Shown: positions 55,671-64,000 of the stretch, one piece after another
How the letters are laid out: each line of letters starts with the position of its first letter
Numbering within the stretch: the stretch's first letter is position 1
Source of the DNA: an uncultured virus (IMG/VR IMGVR_UViG_3300005193_000001)
Taxonomy: Duplodnaviria > Heunggongvirae > Uroviricota > Caudoviricetes
Direction: 5' to 3' (one strand)
Virus record (IMG/VR): IMGVR_UViG_3300005193_000001
Span: 62,001 to 126,000 of that record
DNA: 64,000 bases
Translations under genes and position numbers: made by a program
The notes under the pieces: model-generated
What the model saw: the letters and a program-made list of their open reading frames with translations, nothing else
Told to the model about the DNA's origin: nothing
Databases searched by the model: none

Positions 55671-57653
55671 TCAAGACTTGGCTATTCTACCGGACTTGTG
55701 GATAGCTCGTTCCAGTTCTCTCTTGACGTTTTTGCTGAAGTTTACCACATTACCTTTTTCGTCTACTTCAACGCTTCCCAGACACTGGAAAAGAGACCTT
55801 CCATCATCTTCATTGACCATAGTTACTATCCATCTTCTTCCGTTTTCGCAGTATCTGTCCGCGATGGAGCTATTTTCAAGCTCCGATCTCAGTTCTCTCT
55901 CCGCTAATTCCAGTTGGGTCTCGTTTCCGACTTCCCGTTTTCTATCCAGCTTTCTTGCGCTTCCTCCATAGCTCATAAGTTCGTCCTCGTTTTCAGCCAC
56001 AACCACGTCTCCATCTTTGTAAGAAAAGATAAGTCTGTCGTTGCTGGAAGCCGGGGTAGAAACGACGCCGCGAGAAATCTCTTGAATCATTTCGTCCAAA
56101 GTGTCGTCAGACTGGTCGGACTGCTTGTCGTCAATGTTCTCCAATTCGTCTTCAACTTCTTCGGCTTCCTCTTCCTGTTCTTCGCTGTCAAGTTCTGCCG
56201 TATCTGGTTCGCCTTCCTCGGCGGTACCCTCTTCTCCAGCCTCCTGAGCGGTTCGGGCCTTTCCAACGGTCTTTGCGAGCCTGTCTTCTATGTTCAGAGA
56301 CTGAATGAAGCCCTCCTCTTGAGCTCCCATGTAGTTGAGAACTTCCCACCCCACTCCGTCCGCGATTGCGTCCATGAAAGACATGTAAGTCTCGGTAGGA
56401 TCGTCAACCTTCGACTGAGGAGAAACACCGATTGGATAGAAAGAAGTGAAGGGAAGCCCATCGGATTTCAAGTCGTAAGGTCTTTCGTCCGGACCTTCAT
56501 CAAGAAGAAAATCTAGGACTTCGTAGCCAAACACGTTAGCGATGGGTTCCATAGTGTCCTTGTAATCTTCTCTGGTTCCATACCAAGTCGTAGGCCCATC
56601 GTCTATAATATTGCTACCAATTGTCAACGTGCTTACCTCCTCGTTTAGCAAAGCCCCGGAACCGGATCTGACGAGAAATTCCGTAATGAAGTTGTCGGGA
56701 AGAATCCTTCTCTCCGTCAATCTTCTGTTCATCATGTCGTACACGTTCTCGTCGAACTTGCCGTACAGATACTCGAAGAATTCCTCTTTGTCGCGTTCGT
56801 CAACGTCCTGACTTCGGAATACTTCAAGAATGCGCTCGGAAGTAATGGGGTAGCCTTCGAATTCAAACGACTTTTCAGATACCGGATAATGGTACCGACC
56901 TCCGCCATCGTGATAGTATTCACTGTCCCACTTCTCCAAACCCAAGTTATCTTCGGTGGCGAAAACTATTATATCCTGATCGTCTTCGAACAACTCGTCC
57001 AGATCTGATGGATCTTCCGCTTCCACGACGTGCTCGTGCGGAATGTCGAACAGGGAAGTCATTATGTCCTTCTTCTGACTGAAGGTAAAGGGGTTCTGTC
57101 GAGGCTCTACCCTGTCGTTAGTAGCTATGTGCACCTTGTTTCTTCCGAACCTGTTAACGAGCTCTTCATAAGCTTCGTAGTGGCCTCTATGAAAAGGCTG
57201 AAATTCGCCAGGGAGTACGACGTTAAAGTTAATATCAACGTCTCCTTCAAATTCGAACTCTATCTCTTCGTTTATGTCCGAAAGAAGGCCAGATGCGGGT
57301 TCTCGCGGCACGTGGAGTCTGAGGACAACGGCCTTCGCATCACCTCCCATGGACTCTCTGATGGCCTGAACGGTGTGTTTACCGTCAAGTATCCTGTACT
57401 CGTCCGACACTATGACGGGCTTCGCGGTTCCATCCTCTTTTATGCTCTCCGCTTTTTCTTCAACCACGTCCTCTTCGAGATCGGCTCTATTCAGAGCCAA
57501 TTCCGACACTTCCATTCGCTCTACAGTGTACAGAACCCCCCTTTCGTGAAGACGATCTTGAATCTCTCCGATTCTTTCTTCATCGACTTGAGGATTAAGC
57601 TCGTCTTCAAGCACGAGTTCGGCTACCTGTTCTCCTAAATCTTTCGGGTCCAT
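55671..57653 (-). CDS. Multidomain protein: ParB/Srx-like domain plus HIGH-motif cytidylyltransferase-like domain
   Basis: KPVIVSDEYRILDGKH (ParB-like), LPGEFQPFHRGH (HxGH), NPFTFSQKK; likely start MDPKD. Confidence 0.7.
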   Translation of the reverse strand: MDPKDLGEQVAELVLEDELNPQVDEERIGEIQDRLHERGVLYTVERMEVSELALNRADLEEDVVEEKAESIKEDGTAKPVIVSDEYRILDGKHTVQAIRESMGGDAKAVVLRLHVPREPASGLLSDINEEIEFEFEGDVDINFNVVLPGEFQPFHRGHYEAYEELVNRFGRNKVHIATNDRVEPRQNPFTFSQKKDIMTSLFDIPHEHVVEAEDPSDLDELFEDDQDIIVFATEDNLGLEKWDSEYYHDGGGRYHYPVSEKSFEFEGYPITSERILEVFRSQDVDERDKEEFFEYLYGKFDENVYDMMNRRLTERRILPDNFITEFLVRSGSGALLNEEVSTLTIGSNIIDDGPTTWYGTREDYKDTMEPIANVFGYEVLDFLLDEGPDERPYDLKSDGLPFTSFYPIGVSPQSKVDDPTETYMSFMDAIADGVGWEVLNYMGAQEEGFIQSLNIEDRLAKTVGKARTAQEAGEEGTAEEGEPDTAELDSEEQEEEAEEVEDELENIDDKQSDQSDDTLDEMIQEISRGVVSTPASSNDRLIFSYKDGDVVVAENEDELMSYGGSARKLDRKREVGNETQLELAERELRSELENSSIADRYCENGRRWIVTMVNEDDGRSLFQCLGSVEVDEKGNVVNFSKNVKRELERAIHKSGRIAKS

Positions 57654-57773
57654 AGTTGTTCTTTGGTTGGATTTGCCTTCTTTCTTAGGTATCGAACCTC
57701 TCATCTGCTCCAGAAATGAACAAGCGATAACTCGTCCATACTTAAAGGCGAATCAGTCATACAGCGTAATACA

Positions 57774-58589
57774 ATGTTAAACATTAGGCTAGAATCGGAA
57801 CAGGAGACCTATCTCGATAACTTCATAGACAACAAGTCAGAATATGTTAGGGGTCTCATACAAGAAGACTTAGAAAGTGAAGAAAGAGACGTGAAAGCGT
57901 TTCTCGAATGCGAAGAGAACTTTATGAGATTCTACTCAGAATACACTCAAGATATTGGAATTGAGTCCGTGCGCCGATACGACGAAGAAATAGGGTATTA
58001 CTTCGACAACGGCAAAAACGTCTTCGTAAACAAAGGTAGGCAACTTGGCATTACGTCCATTTTTTCTCTGTGTGCACTGTGGCACGCGGTGTTCAACCCA
58101 GACAGAAGAGTAGTGATGATGTCTTTTTCGTTGAACAAAGCCCGAAATTTGACCAAACGAGTTGTGAAAGAATACAGGGCCGTTTCTCCGGTCGGCATGA
58201 TGCCGGACATATCCACTCATCACTCGTCGTACAACGTCGAGTTTGAAAACGGGTCTTCCGTAAAAGCAGAAAGTGGGGACTACGAAGTGATGAAAGACCT
58301 CGAAGAAGGAGATTTGCTGATAATAGACGAGATGGGACACATTTCCAGTCTCGGACCTCTACCCGAACAGCCTCAAGTTCTCGTGTCTTCTACGGGCATA
58401 GCAAAAAACCATAATAATTATGAGACCATGTTGGAAATGACGAAGCCCGGTGGAAACTTCGAATACTTGGAAATCCCGACAATGACCTCAACAAGTCGTA
58501 ACGAGGATTGGTTCCAGAAAACTGAAGACTTGTCAGAAGGAGAAGGAATACCTGACGAGCATAAAGCCGTAAGAGAAGTTAGAGATTGA
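57774..58589 (+). CDS. RHH-like domain fused to a terminase-type ATPase domain (no nuclease domain)
   Basis: MLNIRL...NKSEYVRGLIQEDL (RHH-like), NKGRQLGITS, LIIDEMGH, VSST. Confidence 0.7.
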   Translation: MLNIRLESEQETYLDNFIDNKSEYVRGLIQEDLESEERDVKAFLECEENFMRFYSEYTQDIGIESVRRYDEEIGYYFDNGKNVFVNKGRQLGITSIFSLCALWHAVFNPDRRVVMMSFSLNKARNLTKRVVKEYRAVSPVGMMPDISTHHSSYNVEFENGSSVKAESGDYEVMKDLEEGDLLIIDEMGHISSLGPLPEQPQVLVSSTGIAKNHNNYETMLEMTKPGGNFEYLEIPTMTSTSRNEDWFQKTEDLSEGEGIPDEHKAVREVRD

Positions 58590-59034
58590 ACTTATCGTCC
58601 AGGAACTCTCTGGCTTCTTCGGCATCGGGACCGCTGATCTCGTCGTCTTGAACCTCAACGTCGAAGCCCTCGTCTTCGAGATAGCCCTCGATTTCGATGG
58701 TGAAGTCCTGCTCTATCACCTCAACGTCTCCAGCCTTGATAACCACGCTGGTATTTTCGAGATCGTGGTCCATGAGCTTAAAGACGCCGTCCCACTTGTT
58801 GATAGCGAGAGAGTAGACGTTTCCGTTCACTCGGACGTTATACTGACTAACAATGTCGTCGTCAGAAGAAGTCGTAAGAGAAAACGCCACCTCTTCTTTA
58901 CCGTCTCCGAGAGCTCCCTTCGCGGCCTCCGCCGCTCTCAGTATTAGATTGGGCGAAATCTGCGAGTTCTCGATCTCGCCTTCGTTGTACTGTACGGTAA
59001 TGTTCTCGGAAAACGGAGAATAATTGTCAAACAT
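58579..59034 (-). CDS. Hypothetical acidic protein
   Basis: 151 aa ORF after sbcC. Confidence 0.6.
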   Translation of the reverse strand: MFDNYSPFSENITVQYNEGEIENSQISPNLILRAAEAAKGALGDGKEEVAFSLTTSSDDDIVSQYNVRVNGNVYSLAINKWDGVFKLMDHDLENTSVVIKAGDVEVIEQDFTIEIEGYLEDEGFDVEVQDDEISGPDAEEAREFLDDKFNL

Positions 59035-59039
59035 ATCGG

Positions 59040-61613
59040 TTAATATTGGATTGAACTGAACTGCTCTCCGACGTTGATATCCATGAGGTCATCCACCTCG
59101 TCCCTCATAACGTCGATGTGAGAAATGACAACGATGAAGTCAAAGTTGGATTTCAGGAACTCGAAGAGGTTGTAGACGCTCGACATGTTGTCGCTGTCAA
59201 GGTTTCCAAATCCTTCGTCGATAGCGAGAAAGTTGGCCCTTGGAAGATTCGAGACGTTCATGAGTGCAGCGCGAATAGCAAGACCACAGACGAACTTCTC
59301 CATTCCGCTTCCGAGTTCAACAGCCCAAAAGTTGTCTTCGTCATAGACGATATAGGCATTGATGTTCTTTCCGTCCATTTCCAGCATAACGTCGAAATTG
59401 ACGATCTGACCGAGAATGGAGTTGACGTGCTGCTCGATCTGCGGAATGAACTTGCTGATGATCTCGTAAGGAATGCCGTCTTTCTTCACAGATTGGATGT
59501 AGTACTCGTAGGCTTGGAACTTCTTCGACAAGCCACGGACCTTCTCCATGTCGTCTTCGGCTTGGTTCCTCCTTTCTTTCAACATCTTAATCTCGCTGTG
59601 AAGATCTCGGAACTGGTTGTCGATCCTTTCCATTTCGGATTTCACTTCCGTAAGCTCCTCATCGAGATCGTTGATTTCTCCTTGAATCTGGTCGTTACGT
59701 TCTATCTTGTCTTTGATCTCGTTGTAGCGCTCGACCTTGTTCTCGATCTCCTCAATGCGCCCCTGCTTGTCTTTCTTCTTTGACTCGATCCTCGAAAGCT
59801 CGACCTGCAAGGACGAGAGCTTGTTCTCCTGCTTCTGGAGCCTGTTAGACTTGTGTTGATAAGTTTCGTAGTGATCCGAGATATCGGGATTTAACTGCGC
59901 TTTCTTTTCTTCTATGGTACTTTCCATCCGGTCTTTCTGTTCTCGCAGATCTTCGATCTCCTCCACGAGTTCATCCAACTTCTTCTTGTCACGCTCGTTT
60001 CGAGCTACGCAGTATTCGCACTCGGGATCGAACTCGGAATGTTCTTCCAGATGCTGCTTTTCCTCCACCGTCTCTGAAAGGTCTCTCTTGACGTACCGGA
60101 GCTTGGTTTCGAGGTCCGAAATGTCGGCCTTCGTCTTTTCCTGCTCTTTGTATGCCCTTTCAAGTTCGTCTCCTTCGTGGTCGTCAAGCCACGACTCCAG
60201 AGCTTCAATCGCGTGGTTGATCTCGCGTTCCTTGATCTCCTTTTCTGAGATCTTGTCTTCCAGATCTCCAACCTCTTCTTTCAAACTCACGTATTCGGCC
60301 TTGAGTTCCTCAACGTTGATATTGGGCTCGTCTTCGATATCTGAAAGCTTCTTGTTGAGCTCCATGATCTCCGAAGTGATTTCGTCTCTGCGTTCGTCCA
60401 AGGATTCTCGCTTCCTATCGAGACCACCAAGTTTGCCTGACTTCTTCTGAATATCCTCCTTGCAAGTTTCGATGGTCTCTTGAAGTTCCTCCTTGTCGTG
60501 TTCCTCCAGCAGAACTCGAATATCTCTGACCTCCTTCTTCGCCAGCGAATAGAGTTCATCGAACACGTCGATACCCATGAAACGCCCAAGAATGTCCTTT
60601 CTGGCGCTCTGGCTCTTCTCGATGAAGATCGTATTATCGTTCTGGATGCTGAGGGTGGAGAGGATAAAATCCTCGTATGCCCCAACGTAGTCTTCGATGT
60701 TGGAGTTGGTCTCGTACCTCTGGTTTCCATTCAGACTTGTCGTGGTTCCGTCGTCGTTGATCCTGTAGAAATCAACGTCCACGGGAATGCGTCCTCTCTC
60801 CTTCTCTCCCTTTCTATGGATGATGTACTCGGTGCCCTCGATCTCGAACCTGAGCTTGCACTCGAACCACTCCTTGTTGTTGTTGAGAACTTGATTGGTC
60901 TTCGAGGCACGGATCGACTTGTCGAAAAGGCAGAAGCAAAGGGCATCGAAGATAGAAGATTTCCCGGTGGCGTTCTCCGAAAAGAGCCCAATAACTCCAT
61001 TCATCTTCTCGAAGTTGATGGCGTTGTCCTCACCGTAGGAGAACATGTTGGAGAACTCGAAACGCTTTGGCTTCCACCTTATGTTGTTGGCAAGATCTTC
61101 CTCATCCAGTTGCTTGTTGAGTTCGCCATTGATTTCGCGGATCTTCTCGACGATATCGTCAGTGGCGGGAAAGTTCCTGGAAACGTAGTCCGTTATCAAG
61201 GAGTTCTGGTAGGAGACGGAAGAAAGATCTCCGATAGAAGCTGCGTCTTCATCCTCCGGAACTGAATCCTCCTCGTCCTCCATGCGCATCACCGAAAGCC
61301 TCTCGGGATCGTAGATGTTGCGGACGTCCTTAATGATTCTACGGACTTCAACACCGCTAGTTCCTTGAATGCGGAGACGAAGTCTCGGTCTTTCGGGAAC
61401 GTCCGGGCGGACGGGGAGCACGGAATTCTCGACGTCGATGGTGTAGAAACCATAAGGGTTGTCGAGTTCAATATATTCAGGCTCGTCTTCATCGGTGTCC
61501 CAAACCAGAAAACCATGGCCTCTATCTTCTCCGTGGTTCTGCTGAATGGTGCTACCAACGTACCAAGCTTCCGGCCACTTGCGAGTTATTGTAACCGTAT
61601 TTTCATCACTCAT
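59040..61613 (-). CDS. SbcC/Rad50 (gp46-like) ATPase carrying the C-terminal part of the SbcD nuclease at its N-terminus
   Basis: N-terminal WYVGSTIQQNHGE..HGFLVWD; FSNMFSYG, ENATGKSS, Zn-hook CEYC, GSGMEK, AIDEGFGNLD, VISH. Confidence 0.9.
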   Translation of the reverse strand: MSDENTVTITRKWPEAWYVGSTIQQNHGEDRGHGFLVWDTDEDEPEYIELDNPYGFYTIDVENSVLPVRPDVPERPRLRLRIQGTSGVEVRRIIKDVRNIYDPERLSVMRMEDEEDSVPEDEDAASIGDLSSVSYQNSLITDYVSRNFPATDDIVEKIREINGELNKQLDEEDLANNIRWKPKRFEFSNMFSYGEDNAINFEKMNGVIGLFSENATGKSSIFDALCFCLFDKSIRASKTNQVLNNNKEWFECKLRFEIEGTEYIIHRKGEKERGRIPVDVDFYRINDDGTTTSLNGNQRYETNSNIEDYVGAYEDFILSTLSIQNDNTIFIEKSQSARKDILGRFMGIDVFDELYSLAKKEVRDIRVLLEEHDKEELQETIETCKEDIQKKSGKLGGLDRKRESLDERRDEITSEIMELNKKLSDIEDEPNINVEELKAEYVSLKEEVGDLEDKISEKEIKEREINHAIEALESWLDDHEGDELERAYKEQEKTKADISDLETKLRYVKRDLSETVEEKQHLEEHSEFDPECEYCVARNERDKKKLDELVEEIEDLREQKDRMESTIEEKKAQLNPDISDHYETYQHKSNRLQKQENKLSSLQVELSRIESKKKDKQGRIEEIENKVERYNEIKDKIERNDQIQGEINDLDEELTEVKSEMERIDNQFRDLHSEIKMLKERRNQAEDDMEKVRGLSKKFQAYEYYIQSVKKDGIPYEIISKFIPQIEQHVNSILGQIVNFDVMLEMDGKNINAYIVYDEDNFWAVELGSGMEKFVCGLAIRAALMNVSNLPRANFLAIDEGFGNLDSDNMSSVYNLFEFLKSNFDFIVVISHIDVMRDEVDDLMDINVGEQFSSIQY

Positions 61614-61634
61614 ATTAGAATTAGATGTAAAGAT

Positions 61635-62336
61635 TCACTCAATTTCCCAACCAGCTTCGAGATACTCATCGACTTCGCTTTCGGGAACCTCCATGGCTTC
61701 CGTTCTGGACTTCACGACTTGTTGACGCCTGTGAACGTCACCAAGAAGAGCATAATCGAACCCAATGAAAGCATGCTCTGTAACTTCGCTATCCAGCACA
61801 TAACCGTACTCGGTCTCAGACTGATTAACAATGTCGTGAAACAGAGCTACCTTGGTGTACTCGTCCGGGATTTCTGAAGCCGGAACGTACTCCGAGGGAT
61901 CGTCCAAAAAGCTCATGTGAGAAAACACCGTATCTCCGACTCTGTACAACCCGCTCTCGTACACGTAGTGAACGTTCTCGTGGTCCAAAGCCGTTATGAT
62001 GGGCGTCAAAGCATCGAGACGATCAGGATTGTTGGTCATCATGTCGTGATTTCCGGGCGTTAAAATCACCGGAACCCGCTCTCCGAGATTGGAAAGAAAG
62101 TCCACCACCATTTCCACGAGCTCGGGGCTCATGTCGGCTTTAGAGTGCACGACGTCGCCCACTACTGCGGCTATGGAATTGGGATCCTTTCTTTCGTCTA
62201 TTTCTTCGTAGATCTGATCGAATACGTGCCTGTATTCGTCGTGTCTCTTAAAGTTTCTGATGTGAAGATCAGCAATATGAAAGACGTTGCTCACTTCTTC
62301 CAAATCTATAGGCAGATCTTGAATTTGAGAATCCAT
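61635..62336 (-). CDS. SbcD/Mre11 (gp47-like) metallophosphoesterase, N-terminal part
   Basis: HIADLHIR, VGDVVH, PGNHD, LFHD, LGDVH; likely start MDSQIQ. Confidence 0.9.
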   Translation of the reverse strand: MDSQIQDLPIDLEEVSNVFHIADLHIRNFKRHDEYRHVFDQIYEEIDERKDPNSIAAVVGDVVHSKADMSPELVEMVVDFLSNLGERVPVILTPGNHDMMTNNPDRLDALTPIITALDHENVHYVYESGLYRVGDTVFSHMSFLDDPSEYVPASEIPDEYTKVALFHDIVNQSETEYGYVLDSEVTEHAFIGFDYALLGDVHRRQQVVKSRTEAMEVPESEVDEYLEAGWEIE

Positions 62337-62416
62337 ATTAGAGAAGTGTTGTAACTGGTCCACAAATAAATATACGCCGAAGACACGGCGCGAGATGAAC
62401 TCTTCTTGAAGCCTCG

Positions 62417-63379
62417 TTACGTGGACCAGAGGCGACGTTCAATGAGATCGGACCTGGAAAGTACCTCCGTGTTTCGAATCAATTCCCAAGTCTTTTTGAA
62501 TCCGAGATCGTCCGGGTCCTTTCCTGCTGGTAAATCGACGACGCGAACACCTATTCCTTCTTCTATCAGACTCTCAGCTATGTCCGTAGCCGTGTCTCGC
62601 ATGTCGGGATCAAGCACCACATTCACCAAATCCAGTGAAGCCCTTATAATCCGGGCTTCGAGCTTGTCGGAAAGACGATTTCCAAGAAGTGGAACACAGT
62701 TTCTCCGGACGCTAATGGCATCGAAAGGACCTTCCACCAGAGTTAAAGGAAAGGTCCAGTTGATAGTGTTTTCAAAGGGAATAATCTTAGATTTAGGTGC
62801 CGAACAATTTTTGTATTTCGGCTTTTGAGAGCTCCATATGGCTCGACCAACGATATAATTCAATTCCCCTTCGCTATCGTAACTAGGGATAACGATGCGG
62901 TTCTTGTACCTTCCTTCACCGCTATAACCCATGCGATACTTCACAATATCACCGTAGTTCACGCCCCGCTTTTTGAGCCTATTGATGGCGTGCTTAAACA
63001 AAATGTCGTTCTGGTTCTCCCAAAGCGGAGTGAAATCCTCCGGTGGATCGATAGAAACGCCTTCCTCTTCTTCGTCCTCCTCGTCTTCGGAACTGACATA
63101 AGCGGGAACGTCTATAACTTCTTTAAGCCTTTCAACGAGCGTCTGTGGGGCACTGGTTTCATCCAAAAGACTGAACAAAGATCCCCCACTCTTCTCGCAT
63201 ACCCAACAGTGCCAAGCTTGAAAGGTGTCACCATCCGGGTCGAGATTTACCCACAGCTTCTTTTTGCTTTCCGGATGCTGGCACCAAGGACAACTAAAGG
63301 CGTATTCTCCGTTTCTTCCCTTCTTTTCGGACTCGCTGTCAACGGCGCTTTCTATTATGGAAATGATCTCCTCGTTCAT
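62417..63379 (-). CDS. DNA primase (Zn finger plus TOPRIM)
   Basis: CPWC...HCWVC, RIVIPSYD, KYKN, LVEGPFDA, LDPD, KDPDD. Confidence 0.9.
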   Translation of the reverse strand: MNEEIISIIESAVDSESEKKGRNGEYAFSCPWCQHPESKKKLWVNLDPDGDTFQAWHCWVCEKSGGSLFSLLDETSAPQTLVERLKEVIDVPAYVSSEDEEDEEEEGVSIDPPEDFTPLWENQNDILFKHAINRLKKRGVNYGDIVKYRMGYSGEGRYKNRIVIPSYDSEGELNYIVGRAIWSSQKPKYKNCSAPKSKIIPFENTINWTFPLTLVEGPFDAISVRRNCVPLLGNRLSDKLEARIIRASLDLVNVVLDPDMRDTATDIAESLIEEGIGVRVVDLPAGKDPDDLGFKKTWELIRNTEVLSRSDLIERRLWST

Positions 63380-63897
63380 TGTTGCTCAACGTAAGCGGAA
63401 CCAAGGACAATAGCGTCGGCTTCATCTTCGTGTTGCTTTCTAATATTGTCGTATCGAGTCATGGACCACTCGATACCAAATTCTTCGGACACGGCGTCGA
63501 GGATCCACTGCTTGGTGTCGTCGTAGGAATCGGGCTTAATACCACGATCAAGACGAGACTGCTTTCGAGCCGTGTTAGGATGGTATCGAAGTACGTCTTT
63601 GCCCCTTCGATTCATTTCGTACCGGATCACGGCATTGAACTCGACGAGGACGGTAATGGATCTTCTAGTAGTCATTCCACCGTACTTCTTCGCCGCATCT
63701 TCGACGATAACAACGTCCGCTTGGTTGATTTGTTTCTCTATATCTGCGGTCAGAAGCTCTACGAGATCGTAGTGCCTCCAATCGTCGGGCTTCTCTTTCC
63801 CAATCCGAGAATATCCATGGTTTTCGACCCCGTTCTCGTCTCCGGTTGCCCACCCCACACAGGAGGTAGAAACGTCAAGCGCTAAAAAATCTGTCAT
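63376..63897 (-). CDS. RuvC-like Holliday junction resolvase
   Basis: FLALDVSTSCVGWA, IVED, EDEADAIVLG. Confidence 0.8.
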   Translation of the reverse strand: MTDFLALDVSTSCVGWATGDENGVENHGYSRIGKEKPDDWRHYDLVELLTADIEKQINQADVVIVEDAAKKYGGMTTRRSITVLVEFNAVIRYEMNRRGKDVLRYHPNTARKQSRLDRGIKPDSYDDTKQWILDAVSEEFGIEWSMTRYDNIRKQHEDEADAIVLGSAYVEQQ

Positions 63898-63914
63898 AAG
63901 GAATGTAAGTAACT

Positions 63915-64000
63915 TTATTCGATTTCCTCTCCGTTGACTCGGATTCTTCCTATCTTGGAAGATCCGTCGCCATCAAATCCAAATTTGTCTTCACCGTCGT
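63915..64000 (-). CDS. 3' end of a CDS entering from the right edge
   Basis: Open frame ...DGEDKFGFDGDGSSKIGRIRVNGEEIE*. Confidence 0.45.
   Translation of the reverse strand, partial: DGEDKFGFDGDGSSKIGRIRVNGEEIE

Noticed and set aside
61614..61637. Genome-wide TGA recoding as the explanation for the sbcD stop
   Set aside because: Other conserved genes are full length in the standard code and many end in TGA with ATGA coupling
61560..61720. Split intein at the sbcD/sbcC junction
   Set aside because: No Cys/Ser-initiated N-intein and no His-Asn/Cys-Ser-Thr C-intein motif; the flanking extra segments are too short
738..62374. Archaeal TATA boxes implying a haloarchaeal host
   Set aside because: Spacing is partly compatible, but bS21 and ECF/sigma70-type elements indicate a bacterial host, and one site is only 7 nt from the ATG

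Overview
A 64-kb segment of a large T4-like myovirus genome with a strongly acidic proteome, suggesting a salt-in halophilic host. A bS21 gene and A-rich leaders that mostly lack Shine-Dalgarno motifs point to a bacterial host of the Bacteroidota/Rhodothermota type, possibly Salinibacter-like (inference). The minus strand carries RuvC-like, primase and SbcD/SbcC genes, a nucleotidyltransferase cluster, putative lysis genes, an intein-containing large terminase, portal, prohead protease, bS21, scaffold and major capsid. After an accessory block (about 11.1-33.7 kb) it continues with neck proteins and two tail-sheath paralogues. The accessory block holds an intein-containing SNF2 helicase, a Thg1-like protein, SprT, ThyA, a PTP-like phosphatase and a PurA-family enzyme with PurZ/PurZ0 signature substitutions. 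Highlights: (1) a candidate 2-aminoadenine (Z) pathway enzyme, coupled to a Pol-beta nucleotidyltransferase; (2) a two-class promoter system read from the DNA, with ECF-sigma-like GRAAC-N17-GTKHA promoters preceded by 11-bp-period TGAAG repeats, and a TATA-like late motif; (3) an SbcD nuclease split by one in-frame TGA, with its C-terminal part fused to SbcC; (4) an RHH-fused, nuclease-less terminase ATPase paralogue; (5) a shared helical motif in about a dozen small late proteins. All calls come from motif recognition by eye; no database searches were run. No tRNA, rRNA or CRISPR array was recognised.
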